A DNA stretch of 64,000 bases, taken from the NCBI RefSeq assembly GCF_018350175.1, contig NC_058368.1, positions 71,984,001 through 72,048,000 on the forward strand. Direction: 5' to 3'. The position numbers were made by a program, and so were the translations under genes. Below the pieces are notes generated by a model that ran no database searches, was not told where the DNA came from, and worked only from the letters and a program-made list of their open reading frames with translations. Source of the DNA: Felis catus (taxonomy: Eukaryota). Positions 26,162 through 37,945 of this stretch are shown here, piece after piece (the first letter of the stretch is position 1; every line of letters begins with the position of its first letter).

Positions 26162-26869
26162 CAGTAGCCCCCCTTTTCCAGAGAGAATACTTCTCAAGAT
26201 CCCTAGTGGATTCCTGAAACTGCAGATCGTACTGAACCCTATATATATATATATACTAGGTTTTTCTTATACGTACATACCTATGATAAAATTTAACTTA
26301 CAAATTAGGCGCAGTAAAAGGTTAACAACAATAACTTACAATAAAATAGAACAGGGGCGCCTGGGTGGCTCAGTCGGTTGAGCATCCGACTTCAGCTCAG
26401 GTCACGATCTCACAGTCTGTGAGTTTGAGCCCTGTGTTGGGCTCTGTGCTGACAGCTCAGAACCTGGAGCCTGCTTCGGATTCTGTGTCTCCCTCTCTCT
26501 CTGCCCCTCCCCTGCTCATGCTCTGTCTCTCTCTGTCTCAAAAATAAAATAAAAACATTTTAAAAAATTAAAAAAATAAAATAGAACAATTATAACAATA
26601 TACTGTAATAGAAGTTGTGTGAATGTGGCTTTTCTCATATCTTATCGTACTGCACTCTCTTTTGTGATGTTGTAAGATGATAAAATGCCCCATGTGATGA
26701 GATGAAGTGGCATGAATGACATAGGCATTGTGACGTAGCATTAGGTTACTACTGACCTTCTGATGATTCACCGAATGGAGGTTCATCTACTTCTGGGCTA
26801 CGGTTGATGCCATGGGCAATTGAAACCTTGGTAAGCGAAACCACGAATAATAGGGGTGGGGGAGTACTG
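26162..26869. mobile_element. MER44-type (Tigger) DNA transposon containing a SINE
   Basis: Terminal inverted repeats cagtagcccccc...ggggagtactg; body matches the MER44 consensus I recall (gaaccctatatata...cctatgataaa...aataaaatagaacaattataacaatatactg). Confidence 0.75.
26354..26574 (+). mobile_element. Feline Can-SINE inserted in MER44
   Basis: TSD aataaaatagaaca at 26340 and 26575. Confidence 0.93.
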
Positions 26870-27994
26870 TGCATTTAAATCCCCCAGCATATTATTAGAA
26901 CAGTCTATTAAATTGTGCTTCTATGAGATGTATCCATCCTTTTGCATATGAATATTATGTAAAACTATGGTCATGCATTTCATTTGCTCACCACGCCGTG
27001 ACTTGTGGGGGTACAGTTTGTCTCCTGAGCACTTAAAAACTAGTTACAGGCTGGTGGATCAGATCAGAGGACAAAACATTTGATAACTTTTACTTTTTGT
27101 TAAGGATAATAAATGTAAATGCATGTTTCAGAAGTATTAAAGAGGAGTATCTTCTTGCTTCTGTTTATCAAGGGACTAGAGGAAGCTTACATAGAATTTA
27201 AAATGGGAACTATTGACTTTATAGGAAATGTCCTTCAGGAAGTGGTGTTGGTATGTGGGTGTATGGTGCTTTGCCATGGAGTCAATGGGGCTGGGGAACC
27301 CAAGGGTGAGGATGTGGAGTTTTAGCTCCACTGTAAGTGAAGCTGAGCTAGACATAATTTAAAAAAATGCAGCTTTTGCCATCCAGTGATTCTACAGTGA
27401 CTTAGGAAACCTGCCCACCTGGACAGAATTCAGGCATTCATTAACAGAAAGACCAAGAAAGGAGCTTGTAAAGGAGGTGGGAGAGTTAAACAGGAGGGAG
27501 GATCTTGTTTCTCGAGAGATTTCAGGAGATGTGTCTCTGTTGAATGGCATGTTTTGAATTTAATTCAGTTTTTCTGCTGTCTTTGCTGGAGCAGACATCA
27601 ACACGGAGTGTAAAATTGGGGATGACATCGGTCTTGGACTCGGCTCATATACACATCAACCGTAAAGTCTACCACCTACCACAGACAGAGCTCCAACTAA
27701 CTAAAAGCAAATAAAAAATTAACTCTGTTCAGCAAGTCTTCTCTGTAATCCATGGCCTGTAGTTTTATCTGGCCAATGAAATATTCAAGTATTTGGTTCT
27801 TTTAAAGTCCTATTTTGTGTTTGAAGTTCCTTTTACCTTTTTAAAATTCTTGCCTTGATCCCACTTCTCTTTGCAGCTGTGACTCTTTCCCAAGTTGACT
27901 TTCCAATTCATTAAAAAAATGAAACAAACAACTCCCCCAGCAAGAGTCATATATATTCCCCAAATGTGCCATTGCTTTCTTTTTGCTTAATTTT

Positions 27995-28067
27995 TTTATA
28001 TTAAATTTATTGTCAGATTGGTTTCCATACAACACCCAGTGCTCATCCCAACAGGTGCCCTCCTCAA
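27995..28067 (-). mobile_element. Extremely 5'-truncated feline L1 3' end (~75 bp)
   Basis: tttattgtcagattggtttccatacaacacccagtgctcatcccaacaggtgccctcctcaat; TSD tgcttaatttt at 27984 and 28068; near-identical to 52320-52385. Confidence 0.85.
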
Positions 28068-29986
28068 TGCTTAATTTTAATTTGTCCTACTTTGTAGCAG
28101 GACATACAACTCTAGGTGTGGCTAGAGTTCTATTTTCATGTAGAATTGTGAGCTGACAGATGTTTACCATAGTATTAAATTTTGCAATTGCTTTTTCAAC
28201 TGTTTCTTTGCTGAATAGTATCTTCATGTGAAGCCTTGAATTCTGCTAGCATTTCACATATAATTATTTTAGTTGTCTCTGAAATACTATGCCTGGAGTG
28301 AGCATCCCTTAGACTCCTGGGAAATATATACAAATATTTTTTTGAGGTCCATGTCTAATATAACTGCAGCTGTCTCTCTCTTAGAAGAAGGAAGGGCGAC
28401 AGCTCTTGAGTAAGAAATATTATTACTGAGGAATAAAAATACTAAAAAATATTTGTTATCTGCATTCAAAATATGGTTATTTAGACAGAACCTTTAGACA
28501 ATGTTTTGGGGGTAAAGAGAAAAAAATTGGGAGACAGGGCTTTCTACTGCTTTCTCCCTGGATGAGATCTATGAATACATGAAAATACTTTGCAAGGACA
28601 CTAACTCTGCCTGTGAGTTTCATTGGAGAGCCAACAAATCAACTGCCAATGGGGATGTATTTAGTGATATAAATCCAATAAGATGCAATTTGATGATTGA
28701 ATGATAACAGCAGTATTTCCCCCAGGGAAGATTCAAATCAGACAATTAAAACAGAGCTCTTTAAGTTTTTGTATGTTTTTCTTTCAAGGAAAAGGGATAT
28801 TAATGTTGTATTGTGTCCTTTTTCACGTTCTTTGTTGTTTAGACCAAAACTGTGGTCCCAAATTGGTTGACCCCCTGCCTCTAACAATATATGGAGGGTC
28901 CAGCTGTAGTGGAAACACAATGCCATTTCCCAAATGGATTTTATATTGTCCATCCAGCAGCAACTAAGTGACAGAAAGCTAGCTTACTGATGGATATTTT
29001 GGAATATTCTAAGTCCTGTTTCTCAAGGAGGGGAAAGAGAATTAGTGAAACAACAACAAAAAGCTGTAGACCTTTGTCACCTCTTTGCCTCTAATTTCTT
29101 AAGCTCTGATGATGTCTCATTGATCTCCCATGTGAAATTAGGGTGAAGCTGCTGCCCTTGGGCTCACCTTCCCAGAGCCCCCCTGTGCAGACTGCTGGCT
29201 ATTAGCAAGAGGGGATTTGATGTCCCTCTCATCTTGGGATGCAGGTAAGAAATTTATGAAAACACCGGGTCCTGAAGCCTAAAAGAGGAAATGATAGGTA
29301 AAAACAAAGTAGTCTAGCTTGCTAAGGACTCTGTTCTTTGTAGGTGAGGGCTAGAAATTGTTTTTGAGGGTGGAAATGGCCGTAATACCTCCAAGGGAGG
29401 TGCCCGTGTTCCAACATGGAACTGGACATGACTGGGATTGGCTTAGGGTGAAGGAGATAGAGGACACCAGCCTGCCCAAGGAAACTTTCTCCTTGTAGAA
29501 GTTGGAATAACACACCAAACACCAGAAGGAACAACCGTCAAGGGCTGTCTTGAGACAGGAATGAGTACTGGCTGCATCCTTTTAGATATCTTATCGTTTC
29601 CTCTAGGACATTATGCTTTCTCTCCCCAGATCTTTCAGTTGTGTTTTATCTTCAAATAAAAAAGAGAAACTGCTTCCAGAGCCCAGAGGGACCACTGTAA
29701 CCACAGGATCACCATGACCATCTCTTTGGCCCCAGGAAAGGGCCCACTCAGGTAGCATCAGACTGGATGAGGGACTTCCAAATGGAACAACATGTTGCTA
29801 CTGTGTCCTGGAAGGTCCAACTGTCTCCACTTACAAGGGTCTTATGTATCTCCATAAGGTTTGGTAAGATGCCCACAATGCCTGCATTGTTCTCTTCTGG
29901 CTATGAGAATTAGGAAGTTTTGCTGTGTGAATGTAAGGGTTTGTTTACGCCTCAAGGCTTACAGAGGATTAGAAACCATCATTCCT

Positions 29987-30028
29987 TAAAACATTTTTAA
30001 AGTGTTATTTATTTTTGGGAGAGAGAGG

Positions 30029-30070
<42 letters not shown>

Positions 30071-30172
30071 CGGGGAGAGGCAGAAGGAGAGAGAGAGGGA
30101 GACAAGAATCTGAAGCAGGCTCCAGGCTCTGAGCTGTCAGACACTTAACCAACTGAGGTACCCAGGTGCCCC
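29987..30172 (-). mobile_element. Feline Can-SINE with an internal deletion
   Basis: TSD tagaaa(c/g)catcattcct at 29970 and 30173; central part missing. Confidence 0.9.
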
Positions 30173-30852
30173 TAGAAAGCATCATTCCTAAGCACTTTTG
30201 AGGAAACCTGCTGTCCCCACTGCTTACTATTGAAGGACAAGGCGAGATGGGGACATCCTGCTGACCAGTATGAAATACAGTGAAGTTCAGTGGAAGAATG
30301 GGGAACATTCAGAAATAGGATCAATAAGAAGTGGTCGCCAATGATACAAAAGAGGGAAGAATCAAAGGTGATGTGGAGATTTGTAGCTTGCTCAAGTGAG
30401 TAAATGATGGTTCTTCCTTCTCATCAGAGGAAGACAGAGTGTGGAGTACCTTTAGCTGCTCAGTTGTGTGGATCAAACAGGCTGATGTCCAGCTGGTTTG
30501 ACTGGAATGGCCACAGAGGTTATGGAATACTGAAATATTTCCATAGTAAAAATTTCCATTAAATTCCCCCCTTTCCATTCAATGCCACTGAAGCCCCGCA
30601 ACCACTGTCATCTCCTCTGGGGTCCCTTGATTTGCTTACCATTTATGAATAGGCAGCTAGTGATGGCCCCACTGCTATAATTGGAATCTGTTCTGGTTGG
30701 GCAGTGCCCATGCTACAACAGTTTTAAAATGTTTTGGATATCACCCATGGGCCCAAGGGTGGGGGCATTGTGGGGAGGGTATCCATGTTTGGTGTAGGAG
30801 AAGAAAAAAAAGATTAAAAAAATTGAAATTTATGTCTTAGAAGGCTGTCAAG

Positions 30853-31232
30853 GTATATTAGTCTGCTTGGGCTGCCATAACGAAGTCCCACAGACTAAGT
30901 GGTTTAAACAGCAGAATTTTGTTTTCTCAGAGTTTGAGAGGCTAGAAGACCCAAATCAAGGCATCAGCAGTATGGACTTCATTCTGACGTCTCTCTCTTC
31001 GGCTTGGAGATGGCTGTCTTCTTTATCTCCATGTAGTCTTTCCTCTGTGTCTGTGTTCTAATCTTCCTATAAGGACATGTCATGTTGGATTAGGGTCCAC
31101 TTCAATTACCTCATTTAATCTTTATTACCTTATTTAATCTTAATTACCTCTAAAATAAAGTCACATTCTGAGGTCGTAGGGGTTAGGACTTCAACATATA
31201 AATTTAGGGGGGACAGAATTTAGCCCATAACA
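30853..31232 (-). mobile_element. MLT1B-like MaLR LTR
   Basis: tattagtctgcttgggctgccataac...ggttaggacttcaacatat...cccataaca. Confidence 0.8.
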
Positions 31233-32692
31233 CAAGGCAAAAGACTAGAATGTAAATTCAAACCACATTGGCAAAAATGGGTTCAAAACCAAAATGCAGC
31301 ATCAGGAAAGATAAGAAGGTGGGTAGGTGGCCAGGAGGAGTTTACCAGCTAGGGTGCCACCTGGAGAGTTTTGACAGACCCTAAGTAGTTTCCCTGATTG
31401 TAGAAAATCAAGAACCATTTGAACATAGAACAACTGAGGAGCCAGGCTTGATGGCTCTGGATTCCGTTAAGGGAAAGATATCTTTAGGATTTTCAGTTGG
31501 AGATTTCCAGAAAGCCGTGGGAAGTCAGAGTTTGAGCTGAGAAGGTGATGCTCCCTAGAGTGTAGATTTAGAATTCAGCCACTAGGGTGGGGGTCTGTAG
31601 GGTGGGGGTCTGTCTCAGGGAAGTGGATCACTTCTGGCTTGCTCCATGGGCTCTTGTCAGCTGCCATAAATATTATGCTTATTGGGGGCTCGTTGTCAGT
31701 CAGTTGGTGTCACCCTGAAATAACCAGCTGGGCTTCCTATGCATCAGCCATAGCCACTCAACTCAGAGATGCTGCCTGAAGGGTCTAAATTCAGAACCAT
31801 TAATTAATTCCTTCCCAGTGTCCGGGGCGTGGGGAGCTCAAGCCCTTCCATTTCCTCTTATTGCTGCTGGCTGGGTAATGTCATGCAGGTCTCTCTTTTA
31901 ATTTAGCAATGTCTTATTTGACAAGCATCTAGATCACCCTGACTCACCCTTATTTTCTTGAGCAAAAGAGAGAAAACAGGAGATCAAGGTACTAATGCAT
32001 CAGCCCTGCAGAAAAATGGCAAAGATTACAATACGTTATATTTAGATCCACAATTTACCTAAGGAAGATGATTGGGAAATTAAGTTGCCTGATTGGAAAG
32101 TCAGCAGTCCTTCTGTTTTTGTCTGGCTGTGCAGTCTCGTAAATGTTCAGGGCTTCAATACCTTCAGGCACTTTTAATTAATTTTGAAAACTGGAAGATT
32201 GTGTGTATAAACTGCCTGATTTAATGAGATAAGTCAAAAGGGGAAAAGGGAGGCGGGAGTTTCTTACAGTAATTGGTTGTTACATTTTTCACATTGCTTT
32301 TCTAATCCATTCTGTTGGGAAAAGCTAGGTTTTCAGATTGTAGAAGTCCATGGAAATAGGTACTATTTAACTTAAAGAGACAGAAGTAACCACTGCACCC
32401 AGGGAGGTCCCTGGGAGGTCAGCAGCCTCTCAGCTGGCCCTATTTTGTGGGTGAGAGAGTTTGACTCCCAGAGAACAGTTCCTGATGGCAGACCTGAAGT
32501 TCTGGAGTCACAGACTAGGGAGGAAGTCTTAATTGGAAGTTTCCAGCATTAGATTTTTCTGGGGACTCCATTCTGCCAACCCTTCAGCAGGGAACCAATC
32601 CTTTCTATACACAAACTAAAAAAGAAATGTCTTCTCAAATAAGGTCATCTCTGACTTTGAGAACCCTTAAGATGAAGTGTTTTAACACTTTG

Positions 32693-33041
32693 CAAGGGCA
32701 GCCCTAACAGTGTACCACAGTCTGGGTGGCTGCACAGAAATTCATTTCCTCATAGTTTTAGAGGCTGGAAGTCTGAGATCAAGGTGTAGGCAGAGTTAGT
32801 TTCCTTTGAGGCCTCCCTCCTTGGCTTGTAGATGGCCATCTTCTCTCCCTATACCTTTACGTGGTCTTTCCTCCATGGGTGTCTGTGTCCTAATCTCCTT
32901 GTAAGGATTAGGGCCCATCCTTGCGACCTCATTTGACCTTACTGACCTCTTTAAAGACTGTGTGTCTAATACAGTCATGTTCTGCGGTACTGGGGGTCGG
33001 GCTTCAACATCTAAATTTTGGAGGACACCATTCAGTCCATA
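32693..33041 (-). mobile_element. MLT1B-like MaLR LTR
   Basis: gaggctggaagtctgagatcaaggtg...cttgtagatggccatcttctc...gacaccattcagtccata. Confidence 0.75.
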
Positions 33042-33180
33042 AGAGATGTGTATCTTATTTTCCAAAATAAAATTACAGAGGCTTTTCCTCTTATTCCTTA
33101 TTTCCTTTTTCATCATCTCTGCATTTCCTGTGTCAGCTTAGATAATAATTCAGATTATTAGCTGTCTCTCTCCCTCCCAG

Positions 33181-33184
<4 letters not shown>

Positions 33185-33229
<45 letters not shown>
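33185..33229 (+). repeat. (AC)22 microsatellite
   Basis: Read directly from the sequence. Confidence 0.97.
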
Positions 33230-33231
<2 letters not shown>

Positions 33232-34059
33232 CTTTCCTACCTTCAAGCCATTTTCTGATTATTGAAAGAAAAAATGCGATCTTCTTTCACATACACCTTT
33301 CTACCATTTCTGCTTGGGTGCTGTGATCAAAGGTGGGCCAAACAACTCTATTAGGTCATGTCTGAATATAGCAAAATCCCTAAGTTCCATAAAAGATCTC
33401 TTTTGTTACCTCCCTTAGGATATTTCATTGAAGAGAGGCCCTGGGGGAGGTTGTGGCTCCCGCATCAATGACAGAGGTAGCCAGGTCCCAGGTTACTGCA
33501 AGAGCCAAGTGACTGTGCAGTAAGATGCTTCTGTTTCTCCTGCTTTGGAGCTGTATTAAGTTGGGGACAACAATTACCAGCTGGTCAGGTGTTTCTGATG
33601 TCACCTCAAGCCTATTCTTGCAGATACACACAGTGAGGGCTTCATGAGTTTTGCTGATGTGGAAGTGGAGGTAGTGATCAGGTGCCTGGTGGTCTGTCTG
33701 ATGTACATTTTAGAGTAGTCTGTCTGTAGGTGCTACTTAAAGCATAGACATACATAAAAATTTCTCCAGGAAGAACGTTTGGAGTGAGAGGAACATCATT
33801 TCAGATTCAGAAAAGGGGCTTGCAAAACAGCCAAGAAAGCAGAAGCCAGAGAACTGGGAGGTGCCATGGAGGTCTGGAGTGGAACAGGTTTTCAAGGTGT
33901 GAGTGGCCAAGGGTGGTTGGGGCTACTGAGAAGTCATGCCTATGCTTCCTGAGTAGCCAGGCCCATGCAAGGAACTCTAGAACACTTCTTCTACTTTTCT
34001 CTGGCCTCACTCCCCAGGGACATTCCTAGGGCCTCCCCTTGGGGAGGGGCATTTCCCTT

Positions 34060-34580
34060 GATGCTTTTGTCTAATAGTTGGCTCATGGGGAATGATGGGC
34101 CTCTTGGCCTCATCTTGTATTTTGGCCACTGTGGGGCAACCCGCTGTGCACCAGTTCCAGCCATCTTGCAGCCTGACTGTCCTCACCACAGGCCTCCACA
34201 CATGGTCCTTGCTTTGTGCCTTGGGCCTCTCCGTTGTCCCAGCCTGTGGGGGCGCCACTAGGATCTAATCAGCTGAGTCAACTCAGTGTACTGAGTGATC
34301 ACCTTGTGGGGAACCTGTGATCAGAGGGGGCTGAATGGGCAGCAGCCGACGGATAAATGTTTCCTCCCTTCTTCCCCTGGGACAAGAGCCCTACAAAATT
34401 AAGCCACCAGTTGCCTACAGTGATGGCCAACTCGAACTCTAAAAACACACCGGTATGTTGAATCACCTCTTCTGTGCATTGTTTACTCTTTTCTGGGTCC
34501 TTGGATCACCCTCCCCAGTAAAGTTCTAGCACTCAGCTTTGCAGGGAAGAGGGGGGGGGGCGGAAACTGAGGCTAAAAGA
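34060..34580 (+). mobile_element. LTR16-like ERVL LTR
   Basis: ggataaatgtttcctccctt, ccagttgcctacagtgatggccaactcga and ggatcacc resemble LTR16 as I recall it. Confidence 0.5.
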
Positions 34581-35401
34581 GTCAATCTGGGAAGAGCAGG
34601 ATTTCTCAAGACAGACAGAAATAAGGATAACAGGTGATAAGAAGAGGGGTGATAATCCTTGGTGGGCAATAGCTTCACATTACCAGGGCTCTCACCTTAG
34701 CCTTAGCATGGTTGAATGAGATGTGCCACACATGAAAGTGAAGCACTGACTTAGGTCAGGGGTTGGCAAACTGTAACTATGGCTTATTTTCCTATGGCCT
34801 GTGAGCCAAGAATGATGTTCAGATTCTTAAAGGGTATGGTAAATAAAGAATATGCAATAGAAACTATGCATGTCCCACGAAGCCTAAAATATTTACTATC
34901 TTGCCTTTGCAGGCAAAGCTTGCTGTCCCCGGCTTAGGTGCTAGGGTGCTGCTTAGACAGTGAGAAAAAACAGCCATGGCAGCTAGCACATGACGCTACC
35001 AGTGGGGATGAACAATGCTCACAGAATATAAACAATATTTAGACAAGGCCACTCCGTGCTGTAGTAGAACGAAACAGAGACAAGAACACTCCAGGATTGT
35101 ACAAAAACGAGATAGAGGACAAGGACACTCTACAACTCACCCCAAACAAGTAAACCTTCCTCTCTGCTCTTCCAACTAACACAAAAGATTGTTACTTCTT
35201 ACTGATTGTTACCTGGTCTCTGCTTCAACCCTCCTGCCTCCTAATTAAAAATTACCAAGGCACCCAGTCACTGAATTATGCACCTATCCTGGTAGCATTT
35301 GGTCTCAAACCACTTTTGCTTCCTCTTTTGAATCCTCCAGCAGTGGCCAAATCCTAAAAGAGGCCCCTCTCAATTTTCCATCACTAAGATACCCATGCAT
35401 C

Positions 35402-35810
35402 TGTGGAAATAAACAAAGATCACCCAAATGAGGACAAGCAGAGGCTATTTATTCAGAACCCCCTATAACAAAGGAGTCAGCTGCCATCACGTGCATTTGG
35501 CAGAGTTTACGGAAGGCAGGGGAGTGGAAAGCTTTATAGAGAATAAAAAGAAAGCTTCACATGTGCCTGATTGGGTCTTGGGGAAGCTATAAGTAGGCTA
35601 ATTAGAAGGCATCCTATGTGATTGTTTAGGGGAGAATATTTGGCTTTCTCTGGTTGTTCCTGAGTTGGCAGTGGGGGCAAAAATCAAGGAAGCTGCTAGC
35701 TATTCATCAAGTGTTGGGTGTTCTGGGCTGATTGCTACATGGGTTGTGGTTTGGCTTCCTGGGCTGGTTGCTGCAGAGGTGTGGGTCAGGTCTGTTGTGG
35801 GTAAAACAAC
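35402..35810 (-). mobile_element. Second MER90/MER110-like LTR
   Basis: Direct similarity to 12464-13012 (tgtggaaataaacaaaga; tgcatttggcagag; tggctttctctggttg). Confidence 0.6.
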
Positions 35811-36255
35811 ACCCACTAAGTTTAAGTTGATTTGTTTGACCACAACAGATCCCTGGTGGTTGTTGGTTACTGGACTTGGACAACTGGATGAGTGCATCTG
35901 GGTTTTGTTAAATTCATTGAAGCCTTAATAGAAGAAAATGATATGCTGGTATCAATCAATTGTGGAAAGGCGGAGGCCTCGGAGGCGGGGGAGCTCAAGG
36001 GACCCATGACCTTCCTCAGCCAGGGCAGTGTGGAGATCTACGATCTCCTCAGGGTGATGCTTGTCCTTCTGGAGGCCTGCCACCTATTACCATCTCCAGA
36101 TCAATGACCAGGATCAGGTCTCAGGGCCCTGCAAACACAAGGACAGAGCAGATCCTGGTCACCGTTCAGTTGAGTGTTCTGTACCCTTTAAGTATGCATC
36201 AGCTACTTCCAAACAGCTGGAATTTTGCCTTTTCTTTCACTAAAGGTGATTCTTA

Positions 36256-36416
36256 AAAAAAAAAAAATGTTTATTTTTGAGAGGGGGGAGGGGCAGAGAG
36301 CGAGGAAGACACAGAATCGGAAACAGAGCCTGAAGCAGGGCTCAAACCCACAAACCATGAGATCATGACCTGAGCCAAAATCAGATGCTTAACTGACTGA
36401 GCCCCCCAGGTGCCCC
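36256..36416 (-). mobile_element. Feline Can-SINE with an internal deletion
   Basis: TSD tcactaaa(g/a)gtgattctta at 36237 and 36417. Confidence 0.9.
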
Positions 36417-36437
36417 TCACTAAAAGTGATTCTTACA

Positions 36438-37230
36438 GCAGGGGGAAGCAATTTTTTTCCATAAAGGACCAGGTAGTAAATAGCTTGATCTTGGCAGGAT
36501 TTGAGCTTGGTTGCCCCTCCTCAACTCGGCCACTGAGGCAGCCACAGGCAACACATCAATGAATGGCTGTGGCTGTGTTCCAATAAAACTTCAAACAAGC
36601 AGTGTCCAGATTTGGCCCACAGGCTGTGGTGTGCCAATCTCTTAGATAATCATTCTGCCTCTGAGGTTTCATTTCTCCACTAAGAGAATGAGAGTGTTGA
36701 TTTCACGCAATGCTTCTCACACTGAAGCAAGCATTAGAATCATCTGGAAAGCCAGTGAAAACACAGATTCTTCCACATGACTCCCAGAGATTCTAATGCA
36801 ATGAGTCCGGGGGAGACCTGGGGATTTGCATTTTGGACAGACTCGCAGATGAGGCTGATGCTGCTGGTCCCGGGACCATGCTTGTAGCACAGGTTGGAGA
36901 CCATACTTGTCATCCCTGCAGCAGAGGGGATTTTCTGTAAGAACTGATGCCTGAGACCAATTGAGTTAGAAGTAGAATCAAGTTTCTGGGTGTTTTAGAA
37001 GTCCCCCCCAAAGATTCTAATGTGTAGTCAGGGTTGAGATTCACCGGTGGAATGGGTCTCCAAAGCTCTGCACTGCAATTGTGGCTCTCCAACCAGCAGC
37101 ATCAGCATCACCTGGGATTTGTCAGAAATGCAGAATCTCAGGCCCCTCCTTGACTGAATGAATCAGAGTTTGCATTTTCACAAGATTCCCAGCTGATTCA
37201 TGTACACACTGACGTTTGAGATATGAAACT
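36438..37230. mobile_element. Cluster of hAT elements: one MER58A-like followed by three MER5-like copies
   Basis: gctgtgttccaataaaact; gcattagaatcatctgg...gatttgcatttt; accagcagcatcagcatcacctggg...gaaatgcagaatctcaggcccc. Confidence 0.65.
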
Positions 37231-37328
37231 CTAAAGGAAGGGACCGGCTTACATTTACAGGTTTCTTTTTTCCTGCTATGTGCCAGGCACTGGGTGGCCT
37301 CCTTACCTCACTTTCTCCTAAACTTGCC

Positions 37329-37945
37329 TGTATTCATTTTCCACTGCTGCCCTAACAAATTACATGGACTTAATGGCTTAAGACCATACCCCTTTATTAT
37401 CACACACTTCTGTAGATCAGAAGTATTTCAGAGGCAGTTGAACTCTTTGCTTAGGGTCTCCCAGGCCCAAATTGGGGTGTTGGTGGGGTGGGGTTGGGGA
37501 AGAAGTCACTTCCAAGCTCATCCCAGCTGTAGGCAGAATCTAGTTCCTTGTGGATATAGGATCGTGGTCCCTATTCCCTTCTGGACTGTTGGCCAGGAGT
37601 TGTTCTCAGCTTCTTGAGAGCACTCTGAGTTCCTTTGTATGTTGTCCCCTTCCTCTTGCAAGAGAGCAGCTATGCATCAAAGTCCTTCTTATGCTTCTAG
37701 TTTCTCTGATTTCCCCTCTGTTACCAGCTAGAGAAGATTCCCTACTTAAATTTAACAAACTCACATGATCAAATTAAGGTTACCTGGATGATCTCCATTT
37801 TTAGTAACTCAAAGTCAACTGATTAGTAAACTAAACAACATTTCTCACATCCCTTTTGCCACAGGCATGATATCCTATCATGAGTCACAATCCGGGGTGT
37901 TAGGGCTTAAGATCCAGGGGGTCAGTAAACAATTCTGCCTTCTAC
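37329..37945 (-). mobile_element. MLT1E/F-like MaLR LTR
   Basis: tgtattcattttccactgctgccctaacaaatt...aaagtcaactgattag...aattctgcct. Confidence 0.7.
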
